64,000 nucleotides of DNA, taken from Basidiobolus meristosporus CBS 931.73. Taxonomy: Eukaryota; Fungi; Basidiobolomycota. The stretch covers positions 91,647 through 155,646 of the forward strand of contig MCFE01000143.1 in NCBI GenBank assembly GCA_002104905.1, given 5' to 3'. The notes beneath the pieces were generated by a model, which was given only the letters and a program-made list of their open reading frames with translations, was not told the origin of the DNA and made no database searches. Both the position numbers and the translations under genes were made by a program. The stretch's first letter is position 1; every line of letters begins with the position of its first letter. Of this stretch, positions 14,062-25,490 are shown piece by piece.

Positions 14062-17000
14062 CTCTATGAAGAATAATCTGGTCCTGCAATAGATTCAATT
14101 TAGATCAGCCATCAAGATCCCATCAGGTGACTGTTTCGATACCAGCAGCTTGGAATTAATGATCATCTACACAATCTTATGATGGAACCACAATGGTGTT
14201 TGGCTAATTTCACCACCAAATAAAGTTAAAAAGCATAACAGTTTTTGAGTGGTTTTTTGTCAAGCATTGTTGCAGTATTGGTGTGCTCTATAACTGTACA
14301 AGTGGATCTAACCAGCCAGTGCATTCAGTTGCCTTATATGGCAAAAAACTTGACAGTGTTTTGACAGCCTCATTGCAAGCCTCTGATGGCATTATTATGG
14401 TAGTATGGTGGCCTAAAGCTAGCTCTGTAAAATGCTACAGTACCAATTTACTAAATGATATTTCCTTTTTCTACCTCACCTTGCACAGTTCATATATTCC
14501 ACTCTAAAATCATCCCTCTTTATTTGCTTACCCATTACTACTTTGGGTGTTCCACATATAGTTCAAATCAAAAAACACTATGGCCACCTGCTTACCAACC
14601 TCTACAAGCATGCGCACCTGCTGCAATTGACATACTTCTATCACCTCAACTATACAGCTTTTTGATGTGATACTTGCAAAGTTGCCATATACCTTATATC
14701 ACTGGTAACATATATATCTTGCAAAAATATGCTTGGCTACCACCACTTCTGCCATGAATACCTTCAGGAATATTTGCAAAGAACTTTTTGGTATTTAGTC
14801 AGTATATTCCTTGTCCCTCCTGGATTCTAGCACCCCTTATAGTTGTGCTCTGGCTCTTGTTTGTGCCAATTCTGTATTGATTAGTATAGAAATTAGCTTG
14901 TGGTCAAGCAAAATCCAGCATTCCCTGGTAGAGTTCTTGTAGTTAAAAATCAAGTGCTTATTGCACCAAACCCAACTTTGCATTACTTAACAGATTACCC
15001 ATGCATTGGGGCTGCTTAATGCTATAGACATAGTTGTCTCCATGTGTACATCTTTATCAGTATTTTCCAACTCTTCTTGGCTGACCTCCATATGCCAACT
15101 CATCCCTTCCATGACAGACTTGAGGTAGCATTCTTAATGAGATTGGGATATGGTAGTACCAGCAACTTGACTAGTCTTCCTATCTTTCTACACATCTGCT
15201 CCATAGGAAACTCCCAAAAGGTGAGGCAAGGTCCCATATTTGCAATAAACAAAGCCAGATGAAGTAGAGAATGGATACAGTAATGACAGAGATCTACACA
15301 CTTGGCTTTATGTTTGTAGTATAGCTGCTCAAATTCCATCACAAGCTTCTTGCCCAAAAGCTCTAGGGGCATCAAATCAGCATTGGTGATCCACATCTGA
15401 ATATATAGTCCTTCAATGTCCACTTATAACTCCCAATGCTTCAATGTACTCCTGGTAAAAATGACTTCAGAAGGCCACCTGAATAAGCACATATCTAGTT
15501 CATCCAGTCCTTGCATTTGTATTGTTGCATATATATATCAATATTGATTGGTGCTTGTGATCAGTACCTGGGTAGCAGATACTCTGTAATATCTTGCCAA
15601 TTCTTCAAATTTCTCCAGTATCACAAAGGGCTCATTTAGCTTGAATTACCTCATACAACTTGGTCACCAGTATGGGGATATTGTTGAGCCACAAATTCAT
15701 TGCTCCCAGGGAAAAGGTTCTGCTCCAACAGATACCCTCTTTCATAAGTGTCTCTGGTTTCTGATTAATTCCATATGCTGGCTAATGGCTTATAGCTTGC
15801 CAACTTTGCTGCAATTGCAGGTTGACTTCTGTACATTTTCTTTGTGCAAAGATGATGTTCTTAGTGTTGGTGTTTGGGTAATAAATATGTGTGTGAGTAT
15901 GGGGTAAGTCCCCTGGATCTCACACATTCAACAGCAATACCATTTATGGTGCCCAAAAAGCCATCTATTTTGCTAATGGGTGGGGTATTGTTAGTGCAGA
16001 TAATAATATGCACTTTGAAATGATGGCCGTTTACTGTTATCCTGCTGGAAAGTATGCAGAATTCATCCAGCAATGGATACAGGTAGCTATCCAGGTTGGA
16101 CAGTGATTAAGCCCCATATACCAGTGGGACTACCATCAGATTTCTGCATTGATATTGTAAGATAGGTGGCAGATTCAAGTTGTTGAGAAATCAGTGGCCA
16201 TCAGGATTTGCTGGTAGTGTACTGGTTTAATGAGAATCCATCAAGTGTCATGGAAAAGACACGGTCATATGTACCTTTAAGTAGCCCTTGCTTCTTATCT
16301 GTTTATTATGTTTGCCATTGAATATATTGGATATGTTTGCTCTTGAATGCTACTGTACTTATAGCTTCACAATATTTTTTGGACTTCATGAGCTTCATTA
16401 GTCATGGTATTACTAGAATATATCCAGAGTGCAAACAATGTTTTCCCCCAATGGTTGTGGATTCCTGACAAGTTGAACACCTTGCAATGGTAGCATTATC
16501 TGATGTGAATGCCATGCAGCTGTTAACACATGCTGGCATCAGGACAGTCTCTGGGTCATATGTTGCCTGCTGCATGATGGTTGTCCACTTGTACCATGTG
16601 CATGGCAAGTTGCATCCCTGGATGATTCTGGTAAGAAGTAGTAGTAAATCCACAAAGCCCCCATTACTGATATTAGTGGAGAAGTGCCACTTCTTTAGCC
16701 ACAACATCACATCATTCACCACTAGATGGATTACTGGGCTCACTTGACTTCACATAGTATTCTTGGCATTCTTTTGCCATGGGTGGTGCTGCATTACATG
16801 ATGCAATTTAGCCAGGCTCATGCAGGGTACTGTAATTAGAAAAGATAGGCTCACAATCCATCAGTGAGCTAGCTTCTTCAGAGCTATTACTCTGCATGCC
16901 ATATTCAGAATGCTGGGGTGAGACCAAAAGCATCACAAATTCTCCTGACTCAGTTTATGTAAGGTGACAAGTACAGCCAGGTGCTGTTATAGAAGTATCA

Positions 17001-17285
17001 AGTGGCCAGCAAGATATTGCAGATACAGTAGTAACAGCTGAATGGTAAAATATGACTTGTGTGGCAAAACACTGGCCTTGATCCTTGTAATACCTCCTAA
17101 GCTGTATGTGTGCTTCATGGCTGAAAGGCTTGTTACAATAACCACATGGTCTTTTTTCTCTTCTCTTATGGTGTTGAATCAAAATAGTCTTGTCCATGGG
17201 GCAAACAGTTTGGCACTTAACAATGTAAAGCTGGTTTATCATTTTTTTGTCAATACTAATGTGAATTTAAGACAGTCTGTTATTT
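14062..17285 (-). mobile_element. Degenerate Tnp2/CACTA-type transposase, copy 3, with 3' flank
   Basis: ORF pieces RPCGYCNKPF, YDPETVLMPACVNSCMAF, LDEFCILSSR and HSLLHLALFIANMGPCLTFWEFPME. The 3' flank mirrors 3960-4313. Confidence 0.85.
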
Positions 17286-17289
17286 GAGA

Positions 17290-18546
17290 CTTTGAACATT
17301 GCTGTTGCCTTTGTTTGGTCTTGGGTACCTCCTTTGTTGGTTATCATTGCTTATTAAAGCACTGTCTTCTTTCTTCTTATGGCACTTGATTTTCTTAATT
17401 CTTTGTCCAGCAGCCTTCCATATACGTAATTTAAGGTCCAATCTTCAGTTCTGGACTCTAGGGCTGATACATGACCCTGAAACTTGTCTTTCAGGCTAAT
17501 CAGGATGATTACTATCATATCTTCATCAGTAGTTGGTACGCCCACAGATTCTATTCATCTACCAGCAGGGTAATTCTATTAATTAGATTTTTTATTTCTT
17601 CTCCTGGCAGCATCTTTGCAGTAAAGAATTTTTGTCTAAGATACATTTTGTTAGCAGCTGAACATGACTGATAGGTGTCTTCTAATGCCTTCCAGGCATT
17701 CCTTGCCATCTTTGCTCTTGAGCATGTCATGATCACATGACAACCATGAACACCCATGACAAGTTTCAGCTTCCTAGCTCAATTTCTAAGAGATTCCTTC
17801 TGGAACCTTCTACCACCTTCCAGAAAGTTCCTGACCATTCCAAACCCTTGTTACACAATGGAACATTCCATGGAAGCTTCCCACTGTATTTTTCATATTC
17901 CAGTACCATATATGGAGATACCATGTCACATGACTTAGGCACATGATCAGGTGACTCAATCCATTTCCCCATCCTGACTCAGTGCCTTGCCTTCTATATT
18001 ATTATCCCCAGCACATTGCTGTGCCTCACCCCACAACCCCATTAGTATTAGCCAATATCTCTTGGCATTGGAATAACCAAAAAGTAAATATAGTCCTATC
18101 CCCCCTTAAGTATTCCTCAGTTTGATAAACACAGGTCTTGAATAAACAGCCTTGCCTTAGAAATCCACCTTGCCTTGGAAATCTGCCTTGCCTTGGCAAT
18201 CCACACCTAAGTCCTTTCCTGGTCCTGCCTTGCCTAGCTCTACTCTCCTGCCTTGTGTCTATTCATAACAGAGCATGGGATTAGCAATTTGTCTTTAACA
18301 TTGAGGCAAATAGAGTTAAAGGCACTTTGTTCTTTGTTCTGGTACTTTAAGGCTTCCTCTCCCATGCTTTTAGGAGGGCATTCTTCTCCCATGACAATAT
18401 CCCAAAGGCCTCATTCTTGTGGCAGCATCTTCATCTTCACCTTCCACACTTGGTAGTCAGATCCATCCAACGTTTCAGCAGAGGGGAAAATTCCAGTAAT
18501 AACAGTAGTAGACATTGCAGAGAGTAGCAGCTTGGAGCTCATATCT
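17290..18546 (-). mobile_element. Copia gag remnant downstream of the shared LTR, interrupted by a solo LTR
   Basis: LDGSDYQVWKVKMKM, KNAWKALEDTYQSCSAANKMYLRQKFF and DLTLNYVYGRLL-like segments; degenerate PBS next to 18547. Confidence 0.85.
17725..18270. mobile_element. Solo LTR (546 bp) of a different family, nested in copia gag
   Basis: Ends TGTCATGA...TCATAACA with an exact 5-bp TSD GAGCA (17720-17724 and 18271-18275); the gag sequence continues on both sides. Confidence 0.88.
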
Positions 18547-19155
18547 TGTTGTAATAGTCTTGGAGATATTGGAAGTGATTGGGAGGACAAGTAGATTATG
18601 TGGTTTTCACTTAATGATTTATTGAATGTAAAAGTAGTATTTATACTTTTACATGATATTGGCATTACAAACATGTAGAATAGGTTAAGGAAGGTCCCAA
18701 GAACATGTGTGCAAAGTTTGGGGCTGTTTGGACAACTTTGAGAATTTTCATGTTGTGGGTACCTGGTATTTTGGTGAAAATATTCTAAGTAAATCCCAAC
18801 AAGGAATTTGGTCAGTATTCTCTAGGATCTGAAGGTAATGATCTAAGTGACTAAGTTGGGTGAGTATTTAGGTGGAATTACAAATTTTTACAACAGTATT
18901 TAGGTGAAAATATTCTAAGTAAATCCCAACAAGGAATTTGGTCAGTATTCTCTAGGATCTGAAGGTAATGATCTAAGTGACTAAGTTGGGTGAATATTTA
19001 GGTGGAATTACAAATTTTTACAACAGTATTTTGGTGAAAATATTCTAAGTAAATCCCAACAAGGAATTTGGTCAGTATTCTTTAGGATCTGAGGGTAATG
19101 ATCTAAGTGACTAAGTTAGGTGAATATTTAGGTGGAATTGCAAATTTTTACAACA
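18547..19155 (-). repeat. Copia LTR (609 bp) with three tandem 130-bp terminal units (18766-18895, 18896-19025, 19026-19155)
   Basis: TGTTG...CAACA ends; 130-bp period read directly; each unit ends in TTTTACAACA. Confidence 0.93.
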
Positions 19156-19166
19156 CTCCCACTCAG
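19156..19166 (-). promoter_or_regulatory. Polypurine tract of the copia element
   Basis: The minus strand reads CTGAGTGGGAG immediately before the TGTTG start of the 3' LTR, right after the pol stop. Confidence 0.75.
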
Positions 19167-21350
19167 CTAAATGTTCATACTGACTAGTCCTAATTTTGAC
19201 CTAAGATATTCAAACTTGTCTCTGGCTAATGGTTTGGTTAATATGTCTGCAATCATTTCATCTGTGGGACAGTAAACTAAGCTAACTAAGTTATTCTCTA
19301 TAGTTTCACATATGAAATGATGTCTAATATCCATGTGCTTGGTTCTAGCATGAAAAGTTGGATTTCTACCTAATTGTATACATCCTTGATTATCTTGAAA
19401 TAAAGTAATAGGCGTTTTTTGACATAGGCCTAAATCTGTAAAAAGCTTTCTTAGCCACATTGCTTCTTTTGTAGCTTCACAGGCTGCCATATACTCTGCC
19501 TCTGTGGTAGAAAGTGCTATGGTTGGTTGCTTTCTTGAATTCCATGAAATTGCTCCTTTACAGTAAAGAAAGGTGTATCCAGTGGTGGATCTTCTGTCTT
19601 CCAAATTTTGTCCCCAATCAGCATCAGAGTATCCCACAAGATCCTGTTCTGAATCCTTATAAATGTATCTTAAGCAGATATCAGCAGTTCCTTTTAGGTA
19701 TCTAAAAATCCGCTTAACTGCTGCAATATGATCAGATCCATAGTTCTGATTATGTTGGCTGACTACTCCCACTGAATATGAGATATCTGGACGTGTTCCA
19801 AGCATGATATACATCAGACTGCTGATCATAGATTGATAAGGAAAGTCAGGGCTTGAAGATGGCACCAAGCTCTCTTGATTTGGTTGAGTTTTGACCAAGT
19901 TAAGGTTTGTCTCCATTGGGGTAGCTGCCGGTTTACAGTCTTCCATTTGGTACTTCTTTAGTATATCTTGAATATACTTTGATTGGCTTAGGGTAATAGT
20001 CTGGGTACTTCTGTCTATGGAGAACTTAATCCCTAAGTAGTAACTAAGTTCTCCTAAATCAGACATCTTGAACTCCTTAGATAGGCTGGATTTAGTCTCT
20101 TCCAATGTTTCTAGGTTATTGGTGGCTATAATAAGATCATCCACATATAGAGCTAATAGAACTGGATTTGCTCTATCTGGCTTATAGTATATACTATAGT
20201 CAGCATTACTTCTTTTGAAACTCAAGGATTCCAAATAAGAATCTATCTTGCAATTCCAGGCGCTTGGTGATTGTTTGAGATCATATAGTGACTTTTTAAG
20301 CTTGCAGACCAAATGGGGGTTATCTTGGTCAACAAACCCATCAGGCTGGTCCATATACATGTCCTCATCAAGTTCTCCATTCAAAAATGCAGTTTTTACA
20401 TCCATTTGATGAATAAAAAACTTATATTTGGCTGCAATAGCCAATATTAATCTGATGGAATTAAACTTGGCTACTGGTGCAAAGGTCTCAGTATAGTCAA
20501 GTCCTTTTGTTTGAGAGTATCCTTTGGCTACAAGTCTTGCTTTGTATCTTTCAATTGTACCATCAGCCTTGTATTTTGTCTTGAAGACCCATCTGCATCC
20601 AATTGATTTTTGGTTGATTGATAATTTGACTAAGTCCCAAGTTTGAATTTCCATCAGGGCCTGATATTCCTCAGTCATTGTAGGTCTCCAAAACTTTGTC
20701 TGAGGGCTATTTAGGGCCTCTTTTACAGTCTGGGGTTCATCAACATGGACTGAATAGGCATAGGCTAAGTTTGTACCCTCATTGATATAGTAATTTGGAC
20801 TATTTCTTGTCTGATTGGATCTCAGGGCATTTGATACTGGAATGATCACTTCTGGGATATTCCTGGGAACTGATTCTGGCTGAACCATGGTTGTAGAGTC
20901 CTCTGGAGTGAAAAAATTTTCATTGTTTTGCTCTGATTCAACCCTGATAATTGGTGGACTTGAGATCAGATTTTTGTCATCATCTGATGTCATTTTTTGT
21001 GAAAATTTTGAATTTTCATCAAACAACACATCCCTGGACTTGATCAGCTTCTTTGCTTTGGTATTGTAGAGTCTGTATGCCTTACTCTCATTGCAGTAGC
21101 CCAAAAATATGCATTTTACACTTTTTGGCTCAAATTTTGACTGATTTCCAGCCAGTTTTTTGGCATATGCTGTACACCCAAATATTCTTAGATGTTCTGC
21201 ACTTGGTCTGTATCCATACCATGCTTCAAATGCAGTAGAATCATGAAGTAGTCTGTTATAACTCCTATTTTTAAGGTATACAGCAGTGGCAACTGATTCC
21301 ACCCAAAAATCATAGGATAATTTTTGATCATGGATCATAGATCTTGCCAT
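19167..21350 (-). CDS. Copia pol C-terminal part (integrase C-terminus, reverse transcriptase, RNase H), open for 727 aa
   Basis: LRIFGCTAY, KCIFLGY, WVFKTK...RYKARLVAKGY, HQMDVKTAFLNG, LYVDDL, YSDADW, LSTTEAEY, IADILTKPL. Confidence 0.95.
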   Translation of the reverse strand: MARSMIHDQKLSYDFWVESVATAVYLKNRSYNRLLHDSTAFEAWYGYRPSAEHLRIFGCTAYAKKLAGNQSKFEPKSVKCIFLGYCNESKAYRLYNTKAKKLIKSRDVLFDENSKFSQKMTSDDDKNLISSPPIIRVESEQNNENFFTPEDSTTMVQPESVPRNIPEVIIPVSNALRSNQTRNSPNYYINEGTNLAYAYSVHVDEPQTVKEALNSPQTKFWRPTMTEEYQALMEIQTWDLVKLSINQKSIGCRWVFKTKYKADGTIERYKARLVAKGYSQTKGLDYTETFAPVAKFNSIRLILAIAAKYKFFIHQMDVKTAFLNGELDEDMYMDQPDGFVDQDNPHLVCKLKKSLYDLKQSPSAWNCKIDSYLESLSFKRSNADYSIYYKPDRANPVLLALYVDDLIIATNNLETLEETKSSLSKEFKMSDLGELSYYLGIKFSIDRSTQTITLSQSKYIQDILKKYQMEDCKPAATPMETNLNLVKTQPNQESLVPSSSPDFPYQSMISSLMYIMLGTRPDISYSVGVVSQHNQNYGSDHIAAVKRIFRYLKGTADICLRYIYKDSEQDLVGYSDADWGQNLEDRRSTTGYTFLYCKGAISWNSRKQPTIALSTTEAEYMAACEATKEAMWLRKLFTDLGLCQKTPITLFQDNQGCIQLGRNPTFHARTKHMDIRHHFICETIENNLVSLVYCPTDEMIADILTKPLARDKFEYLRSKLGLVSMNI

Positions 21351-21412
21351 ATCAATTATTGATCTGTTAGCTTGTTCTGCTACTCCATTTTGCTGTGGGG
21401 AGTATGGTACGG

Positions 21413-22216
21413 TGTGGTAGGGTAAACATACCTCCCACAGACAAGTTTATTCATATAGTCATTATGATATACTTATCCATATTTTATCTTATTAGTATTA
21501 TCCCATTCTTCTTTTGCCCATATTATCAGTTTTATCCCCATATGATGTTTACCCTGATTAGTTATTAGCATTAGTTATCCCAGATGTTATTCAGCTTTGT
21601 GATCAGTAGATGTATCTATATAAGGCAAGTACCCGCGTCAGTACCTGTGACACATGTCCTAGGTCTGTGTTACCATCCCTACCATTTCAATACCATATAT
21701 GGTATTTCTATGTTGCACAGGTTTCAGACTACTGATTCCTGATTGGTTGAGAGTGCTGTGCCTTTTAGAACCTTCCAGGACATTCTTGGCATATTTTTAG
21801 CTCATGGTGATGTCATCAAGAATTCCACTGATACCTAGAATCTTCTAGAACCGTGTCATTAGTAATCACTTGGCAATCAGAAAAAGTATTTAAGGGAAAA
21901 CAATCCCTCATCAATAAATCATCCCTTCTATCAGTAACACTTCTGCCTTATTGATTAGCAGTTGATCACTGCACCTGCCTTCAACAGTACATCTAAGACC
22001 TGCCATCAAGGAGCTTTTCAGGGTAGTGCACAAGACACACAGAGGCCTTTGGAGACACTTGGAGCACCTAGGAAGCTAAAGAAGCAGGAGCTTTTACCAT
22101 AGTGACATATTGACAAAGACACCAGCAGTTTAGACACAGAGGTTATTGCACCCATCAGACACCTCACACACCTTGAGTTGTGTAGCTTCTCCCAGGAGTA
22201 CCTCTACACCACCACA
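21413..22216. mobile_element. Solo LTR (804 bp) of another family, inserted in the copia integrase
   Basis: Ends TGTGGT...ACCACA with a 4-bp TSD ACGG/ATGG (one CpG-type transition); splits the integrase motif ETTVPYSPQQNGVAE. Confidence 0.88.
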
Positions 22217-22507
22217 ATGGTAGTCTCTTGCTTTATCCCACGAATGTTGCAGAAGTGGATGAAGAGTTTTGAGGTATATTCTCCACCATTGTCAGAGCGT
22301 ATTTTCTTGATTTTTTCACCAGTTTCTCTCTCAACCATGGCTTTAAACTCCCTGAGCTTAGACAGAGCTTCTTCCTTTCTCTCCATGAAGTAGACCCATG
22401 TGTATCTTGTATAATCATCAATAAAAGTGACTAAATACTTCATCCCGCCAAAGGATAAATTTTGCATAGGTCCACACAGATCTGAGTGAATTAGATCTAA
22501 TTTTTTC
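22217..22507 (-). pseudogene. Copia integrase core fragment
   Basis: LDLIHSDLCGPMQ...FIDDYTRYTWVYF...RSDNGGEY. Out of frame with gag-PR by one base in the A-run near 22512. Confidence 0.9.
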
Positions 22508-23797
22508 TTAGTTTTTGATTAACCCAGAGCTCTTGAACAATTGTCTGGCTTGTTTCCCATATATGCAGGCTTCACAGTGCTCCAAATCAGCTGGGGGATC
22601 AACTTTCACTCCAGAAATTAGCGGATCTTTGATCATTTTATGCAAATAATCAAAATTGATGTGTCCAAATCTCCTGTGCCAAAGCATTGGTGTTTCTTCA
22701 TTTAAGTTACTTATATTGGCCTCCAAATATGATGGAATGTAAGTCAACTTGTATAGATTCTGATCTCTGATGCCCAAAGCAATATGGGCACCATTTTGAT
22801 CAGTGATCCTGCATCCAGAGTTGTCAAAACCAAAACTGAGTCCTTCTGCTGTGGCCTTGCTTACAGAGAGTAGGTTCTTGGCTATTTCTGGTACATAGAG
22901 TACTTCTTTGAAGGTCAGTGTATGGCTTCCTTCACTGCTTCTTAGGTTTACTTGGATAGTTCCTTCTCCCAATGCATCAAGTGTTCTGTTGTCACCCATG
23001 AAAACCTTCTTAATTGGAATTTCTTGATATTGGGTAAAAAGTTCTTTTTGGTGTGTAAAGTGTTGAGAAGCTCCAGAGTCAATATACCACGTCTGAGAAT
23101 CCTTGTTTGTGGTCATATTTAGTGCAGATATGAATAGTCTATCTTCAGTTGTTGCAGCATTTCCATATTCAGGCTTCTTTTGCTGATAATCTCTGTTTTT
23201 GAGACACCGGTCTGATGTGTGTCCTTTCCTTTTGGAGTAGTTGCAAAATAGGTTGCTGTTGCCTTTGTAGGGTCTTGGGTACCTCCTTTGTTGGTTATCA
23301 TTGCTTATTAAAGCATTTTCTTCTTCCTTCTTATTGGCGCTTGATTTTCTTAATTCTTCATCCAGGAGCCTTCCATATACGTAATTTAAGGTCAAATCTT
23401 CAGTTCTGGACTCTAGGGCTGATACAAGGCCCTGAAACCTGTCTGTCAGGCTATTCAGGATGGTAACTATCATATCCTCATCAGTAGTTAGTACACCCAC
23501 AGATTCCATCTCATCTACCAGCAGGGTAATTCTGTTAATTAGATTTTTCATTTCTTCTCCTGGCAGCATCTTTGTAGTAAAGAATTTTTGTCTCAGATAC
23601 ATTTTCTTGGCAGCTGAACATGACTGGTAGGTGTCTTCTAATGCCTTCCAGGCATTCTTTGCCGTTTTTGTTCTTGAGCATTGAATTAGCAATTTGTCCT
23701 TGACATTAAGGCAAATGCAGTTAAAGGCACTTTGTTCTTTCTTCTGGTACTTTAAGGCTTCCTCTCCCACATTTTTAGGAGGGCATTCTTCTCCCAT
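22508..23797 (-). CDS. Copia gag-protease-pre-integrase region (N-terminus frameshifted; true start near 23946)
   Basis: Gag segments, damaged knuckle CNYSKRKGHTSDRC, protease WYIDSGASQH, LWHRRFGH...CEACIYGK. Confidence 0.92.
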   Translation of the reverse strand: MGEECPPKNVGEEALKYQKKEQSAFNCICLNVKDKLLIQCSRTKTAKNAWKALEDTYQSCSAAKKMYLRQKFFTTKMLPGEEMKNLINRITLLVDEMESVGVLTTDEDMIVTILNSLTDRFQGLVSALESRTEDLTLNYVYGRLLDEELRKSSANKKEEENALISNDNQQRRYPRPYKGNSNLFCNYSKRKGHTSDRCLKNRDYQQKKPEYGNAATTEDRLFISALNMTTNKDSQTWYIDSGASQHFTHQKELFTQYQEIPIKKVFMGDNRTLDALGEGTIQVNLRSSEGSHTLTFKEVLYVPEIAKNLLSVSKATAEGLSFGFDNSGCRITDQNGAHIALGIRDQNLYKLTYIPSYLEANISNLNEETPMLWHRRFGHINFDYLHKMIKDPLISGVKVDPPADLEHCEACIYGKQARQLFKSSGLIKN

Positions 23798-23939
23798 GAC
23801 AATATCTCAAAGGCCTCTTTCTTGTGGCAGCATCTTCATCTTCACCTTCCACACTTGGTGGCTAGATCCATCCAACTTTTCAGCAGAGGGAAAAATTCCA
23901 GTAATAACAGTAGTAGACCTTGCAGAGAGTGACAGCTCA

Positions 23940-23951
23940 GGGCCCATAACC
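23940..23951 (-). promoter_or_regulatory. Copia-type primer-binding site GGTTATGGGCCC
   Basis: Directly follows the CA end of the 5' LTR on the minus strand; same motif as the internal tRNA-iMet PBS of Drosophila copia. Confidence 0.85.
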
Positions 23952-24431
23952 TGTTGTAAGAGTCTTGGAGATATTGGAAGTGATTGGGAGGACAAGTAGA
24001 TTATGTGGTTTTCACTTAATGATTTATTGAATGTAAAAGTAGTATTTATACTTTTACATGATCTTGGCATTACAAACATGTAGAATAGGTTAAGGAAGGT
24101 CCCAAGAACATGTGTGCAAAGTTTGGGGCTGTTTGGACAACTTTGAGAATTTTCATGTTGTGGGTACCTGGTATTTTGGTGAAAATATTCTAAGTAAATC
24201 CCAACAAGGAATTTGGTCAGTATTCTCTAGGATCTGAAGGTAATGATCTAAGTGACTAAGTTGGGTGAATATTTAGGTGGAATTACAAATTTTTACAACA
24301 GTATTTTGGTGAAAATATTCTAAGTAAATCCCAACAAGGAATTTGGTCAGTATTCTCTAGGATCTGAAGGTAATGATCTAAGTGACTAAGTTGGGTGAAT
24401 ATTTAGGTGGAATTACAAATTTTTTACAACA
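23952..24431 (-). repeat. Copia 5' LTR (480 bp) with two terminal units (24171-24300, 24301-24431)
   Basis: TGTTGTAA...TTACAACA inverted ends; the two tandem units are read directly. Confidence 0.93.
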
Positions 24432-25220
24432 CTAATGACATCAATACTTCTTGATCAAAGGAATTAGTTACTGTGACAGCCTTTTGATATGACCATCACA
24501 GTTATTTTCACAGGGTAGAGCTGTTACAAGATCATTAAAACCCCATCATAAGGATATCAGAACACTGTTAGGTTTCAACCACAAATGACAATTGGACATA
24601 TTGGCCAGTTAGGCTCTGTCAAATAATTGTTGGTTGCATAGGACTCTTACAAATGTTGTAAGGGACTTGGAGATATTGGAAGTAATTTGGAGAACAAGTA
24701 GATTTTATGGTTTTCACTTAATGATTTATTGAATATAAAAGTAGTGTTTATACTTTTACATGGTCATGGCTTAGCAAGCATGTAGAATAGGCTTATTAAA
24801 GTCCCAGGAACATGTGGGCAAAGTTTGGGGCTACTTAGATAACGTTGAGAATTTCATGTTCTGGGTACCTGATGTTTTGGTGAAAATATTCTGAGTAAAT
24901 CCCAACAAGGAATTTGGTCAGTATTCTCAACAATTTGTAGGTAATGATCTAAGTGACTAAGTTAGGTGAATACTTAGGTGGAATTACAAATTTTTACAAC
25001 AACAAAGCCATTAGAGCTTTATCATAAGGTCATCAAAACACTATCAAGTTTATCAATATATCAAGGAGTCTAGACAGCAAAACACTATTATGACCCTGCC
25101 ACAACCTAATTAATGGGGTCAAGAATTCTAAGCTGCTGGTACTAAAATGGCATCATTGTGGGATCCTGCTAGCAGATCCATATGAGATCTATCTGCAGGA
25201 CCAAGTCATTTTTCATGAGG
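24432..25220 (+). mobile_element. Remnant of the 3' terminal region of the Tnp2-type transposon, containing a solo copia LTR
   Basis: 25020-25216 aligns with 3995-4313 and with the reverse complement of 14066-14370. Confidence 0.6.
24654..25001 (-). repeat. Solo copia LTR (348 bp, one terminal unit)
   Basis: TGTTG...CAACA with an exact 5-bp TSD ACAAA (24649-24653 and 25002-25006). Confidence 0.92.
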
Positions 25221-25490
25221 AAAACACACTTGAATATTGCAGGCACTTGTTACAAAGTCTGGCAGTTGAGGTGCTAGACCTTACATTGCCACCAGAAAAC
25301 CAGGACACATGGGAACCAGTGAACAAACAATAGTATAGAGCCTCAGGGTTCCTGCCAAAGACAAGGGCAGAGGATGTTGAGGCAGAGGCACTTATAGATT
25401 GGTAGATTTTAATGGAGTTACTAGTCAAATGTGAGGCTGGGTTAAATGTTAATGTTGGGTATAGGGACTTATATAGGTCAGTATACTTGA
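25221..25490 (+). repeat. Fragment of the transposon accessory ORF
   Basis: Aligns with 11950-12215 (TTGAATATTGCA...GAGGTGCTAGACC...GGACTT.TATAGGTCA). Confidence 0.65.

Larger units (their letters stand above)
18547..24431 (-). mobile_element. Near-complete Ty1/copia LTR retrotransposon (5' LTR 23952-24431, 3' LTR 18547-19155)
   Basis: Order gag-PR(WYIDSGASQH)-IN(IDDYTR, RSDNGGEY, NGVAE)-RT(YVDDL)-RNaseH(YSDADW, TKHMDIRHHF). PBS GGTTATGGGCCC and PPT present. The unique parts of the two LTRs differ at 2 of about 219 bp. Confidence 0.97.

Noticed and set aside
18766-19155. 130-bp direct repeats that could suggest a CRISPR or satellite array
   Set aside because: No unique spacers; the units are contiguous parts of a copia LTR in a eukaryotic locus.
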